Shown piece by piece: positions 61,851-64,000 of a stretch of DNA of 64,000 bases (position 1 is the first letter of the stretch; every line of letters begins with the position of its first letter). The position numbers and the translations under genes were made by a program. This DNA comes from Raillietiella orientalis. Its lineage: Eukaryota. The notes under the pieces are model-generated. The model searched no databases, was not told the origin of the DNA, and saw only the letters and a list, made by a program, of their open reading frames with translations. The stretch covers positions 2,294,001 through 2,358,000 of the forward strand of contig JAYWIR010000028.1 in the NCBI GenBank assembly GCA_036172245.1. Direction: 5' to 3'.

Positions 61851-63129
61851 ACCATCACGGAGAGACTCGAGAATCTCATCCAGTAGCATAGAAATCCTTC
61901 TTCCGGAAACAGGGATTAACACAGGCTTGCATCCCATTGCACTTCCGGAAACAGCTACGTTCTTCAGTGGAGCTGCACACTTGTCCAATGGAGAGCCCGT
62001 GACACAAAGAGCGTTCGTCGAAGTTTTCTGACATCTTGGAGTGCAGTAAAGGACGAAGCAACAAGTTGCAGAGTACATTGCAGGTACTGTTCAAAATGAA
62101 ATGGTGAGGAAATGGACTGTAGCTGAAATTTTCGATAGCTCGGTGCTCAAGGTTTCTCGGTCGAAAGTTGGGTTTTCGCAGTTGGATTTTTTTCCCTTTG
62201 CTGTTTTTGCTTTTTTTTCGGGTGTTAAGCAGGTCTATCCAAATGTGAGAGCTGGAAGTTGATAATGGCAATCTCAAGAACCAAATCTCATTTGATGCGG
62301 TCACTACACGCTAGTGTATACTCTGATCGTGCAATTGGAAGCTCTAATGGTCGCGTTCCAAGAGCTGAGAGACGATATTTGGCATATACGTTCTGCATAC
62401 GAGTCCACAACCTTGGCTACCAATCTGCAAGGTTTCTATTCCTATTCTTTTGCGTGCAAAGTGGAAGAATGTACTGATAATCGTGATTGAGAAAACCGTC
62501 GACCGTTGCGCATACTTCCCAGAATCACTCATTCTCCGGAAAATGCTCACTGGGAACGACACGCCAAAGTCATTGAACAAGCTTTTCCTATAATCGAAAA
62601 TGGTGTAATGTGGAGCTCATTGCGTCCGAACATCTAGCCCTTTGATAAACACAGTTCCAAGTGTTTCCGCCAGATGTCAAGGGTATAATCAACATTGAGG
62701 TGGTGTCTGGCAGTGAGGCCAGCAGCAACCTCCTGGTCGGTTCCTGAATGTCTGGCTCCAGGACAGCGACATCGCTAACGCACACGCCCCATAGTCATTC
62801 CCTCGGAAAAACCGCCCTCTGGATACGCGAAATGAATTACCCGGGGTGCACGGAGTGAAAAGGAATGGCTTGGTAAGTTCGAGGTGGGTTACCTCCTCTT
62901 GTAGCATTTTCTTGTGCGATTTACTTGCACGGCACTACACCTATCTTCCTCGGATACAGACTCCCCGGAACTTTTGTTTTCTATTCCAGAATTATAGATG
63001 TCAGCTGTGGAGTGGCGTGGCATCTCTTCTGATAGGAACTCTTATGGGCTTTCCTCTACGAGGATTCAAACTGTTGATAGAACGTTTGATTAGACAAAGG
63101 TTGTGAACATGTAGGGCATGGCAACGTGG

Positions 63130-63310
63130 TAACGTGGCAAGCGATGTTCATTCAATTATCAAGTCCTCTTCTTTGATAATCTTTGAATCTGAAATCTAAA
63201 ATTTCTTGACCTTGGGGTGAACTCACTCACGGCTCTTTCTGCTCGTTCCTCCATGCTAAATTCGAGTTGAAATCTCCAATGAAGCACAGCGTACTCGCAA
63301 GCCCTCCATC
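63130..63310 (-). mobile_element. Decayed LINE AP-endonuclease fragment (GDFN motif)
   Basis: The minus strand encodes LCFIGDFNSNLAW (IGDFN at 63280-63266), then QGQEILDF and EEDLII. This matches the GDFN..G..LL.F....L.I.N layout. Confidence 0.5.
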
Positions 63311-64000
63311 CATCTTCAGCTTCTCAATGGCTATTATCGCTTCACCACAGCTCCGCTTCACTACAGCTTACTCAAAACGACCATGAAACGCTCATTGGCC
63401 ATTCATCACCCACCCGCTAGCATCGATCCTCATGCTGAGGACAGGATGCTTGCGAGTGGGAGACTTTGGTGAATCGATTTCTGCGGCTTTCCGACATGCC
63501 TGCTCACTTCCTCGAGATTCAATCCTCGATGCAGCTGAATTGCAGCTGCGTCGAGAATTGCAACTCACTCCTTCTGTTAGACGAAAAGGTGAATCTTGCC
63601 ACTTGTGGAGTGATCCGAATTTCTAAGCAGATTGGCATCGATCGGTCCCTATGCCTATTTCGCCAGGTTCTTATACGGCAAGAGGACAGGCTTATAAGAC
63701 ACTTATGGCCAGTTAGTGATACTCGCTGACCGTAAGTATCATATAAGTCCCATCTCTTGCCGAGGACAAGTGAGTCGACCGACAGGTGCATCACTTCTTT
63801 TTGTTTCACAACCCTTCAGTTCGTTCGTGATTGCAGTAGAAGTCTTCCCGGTGGTGCGTTTCGCTGGCCAGATGCTTGCAATCAATCCAACCGTTGCCAC
63901 GCAACGCGTGCATTGCAATGACCAGTCGCAATAATTTAGCGTTGCATCATACGTCCATCAGGGCCTGCTTCCTTCTCGTGACGTCCCCTTCTCGTCCCTC

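Noticed and set aside
1..64000. CRISPR array, operon or prokaryotic/viral defence system
   Set aside because: No regularly spaced repeats and no dense coding. A spliced homeobox gene, SINEs and LINE relics show this is animal nuclear DNA.

Overview
GC-rich eukaryotic (metazoan, probably arthropod/protostome) genomic DNA. The only convincing host protein-coding gene is a three-exon Emx/empty spiracles homeobox gene on the minus strand (CDS 23638-23014, 20639-20470, 15938-15777; 318 aa). Its splice sites and intron phases are self-consistent, and it has an eh1 motif and a complete homeodomain. The gene sits in a gene desert. That desert contains AT-rich islands with clustered homeodomain and Exd/Hox-type motifs (candidate enhancers), a decayed ~390-nt 28S rRNA fragment, four diverged copies of a tRNA-headed SINE-like family, a near-identical 146-bp direct duplication and low-complexity tracts. 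It also contains about a dozen heavily decayed fragments that resemble the AP-endonuclease domain of RTE-type LINEs, with almost no recognisable reverse-transcriptase sequence. Almost all listed ORFs are GC-rich noise. No CRISPR array, operon or prokaryotic system is present, and I cannot demonstrate a new biological system from sequence alone. The best leads are the endonuclease-biased LINE relics, the SINE family and a uORF that duplicates the Emx start. All transposon assignments are by-eye motif matches and need HMM confirmation.
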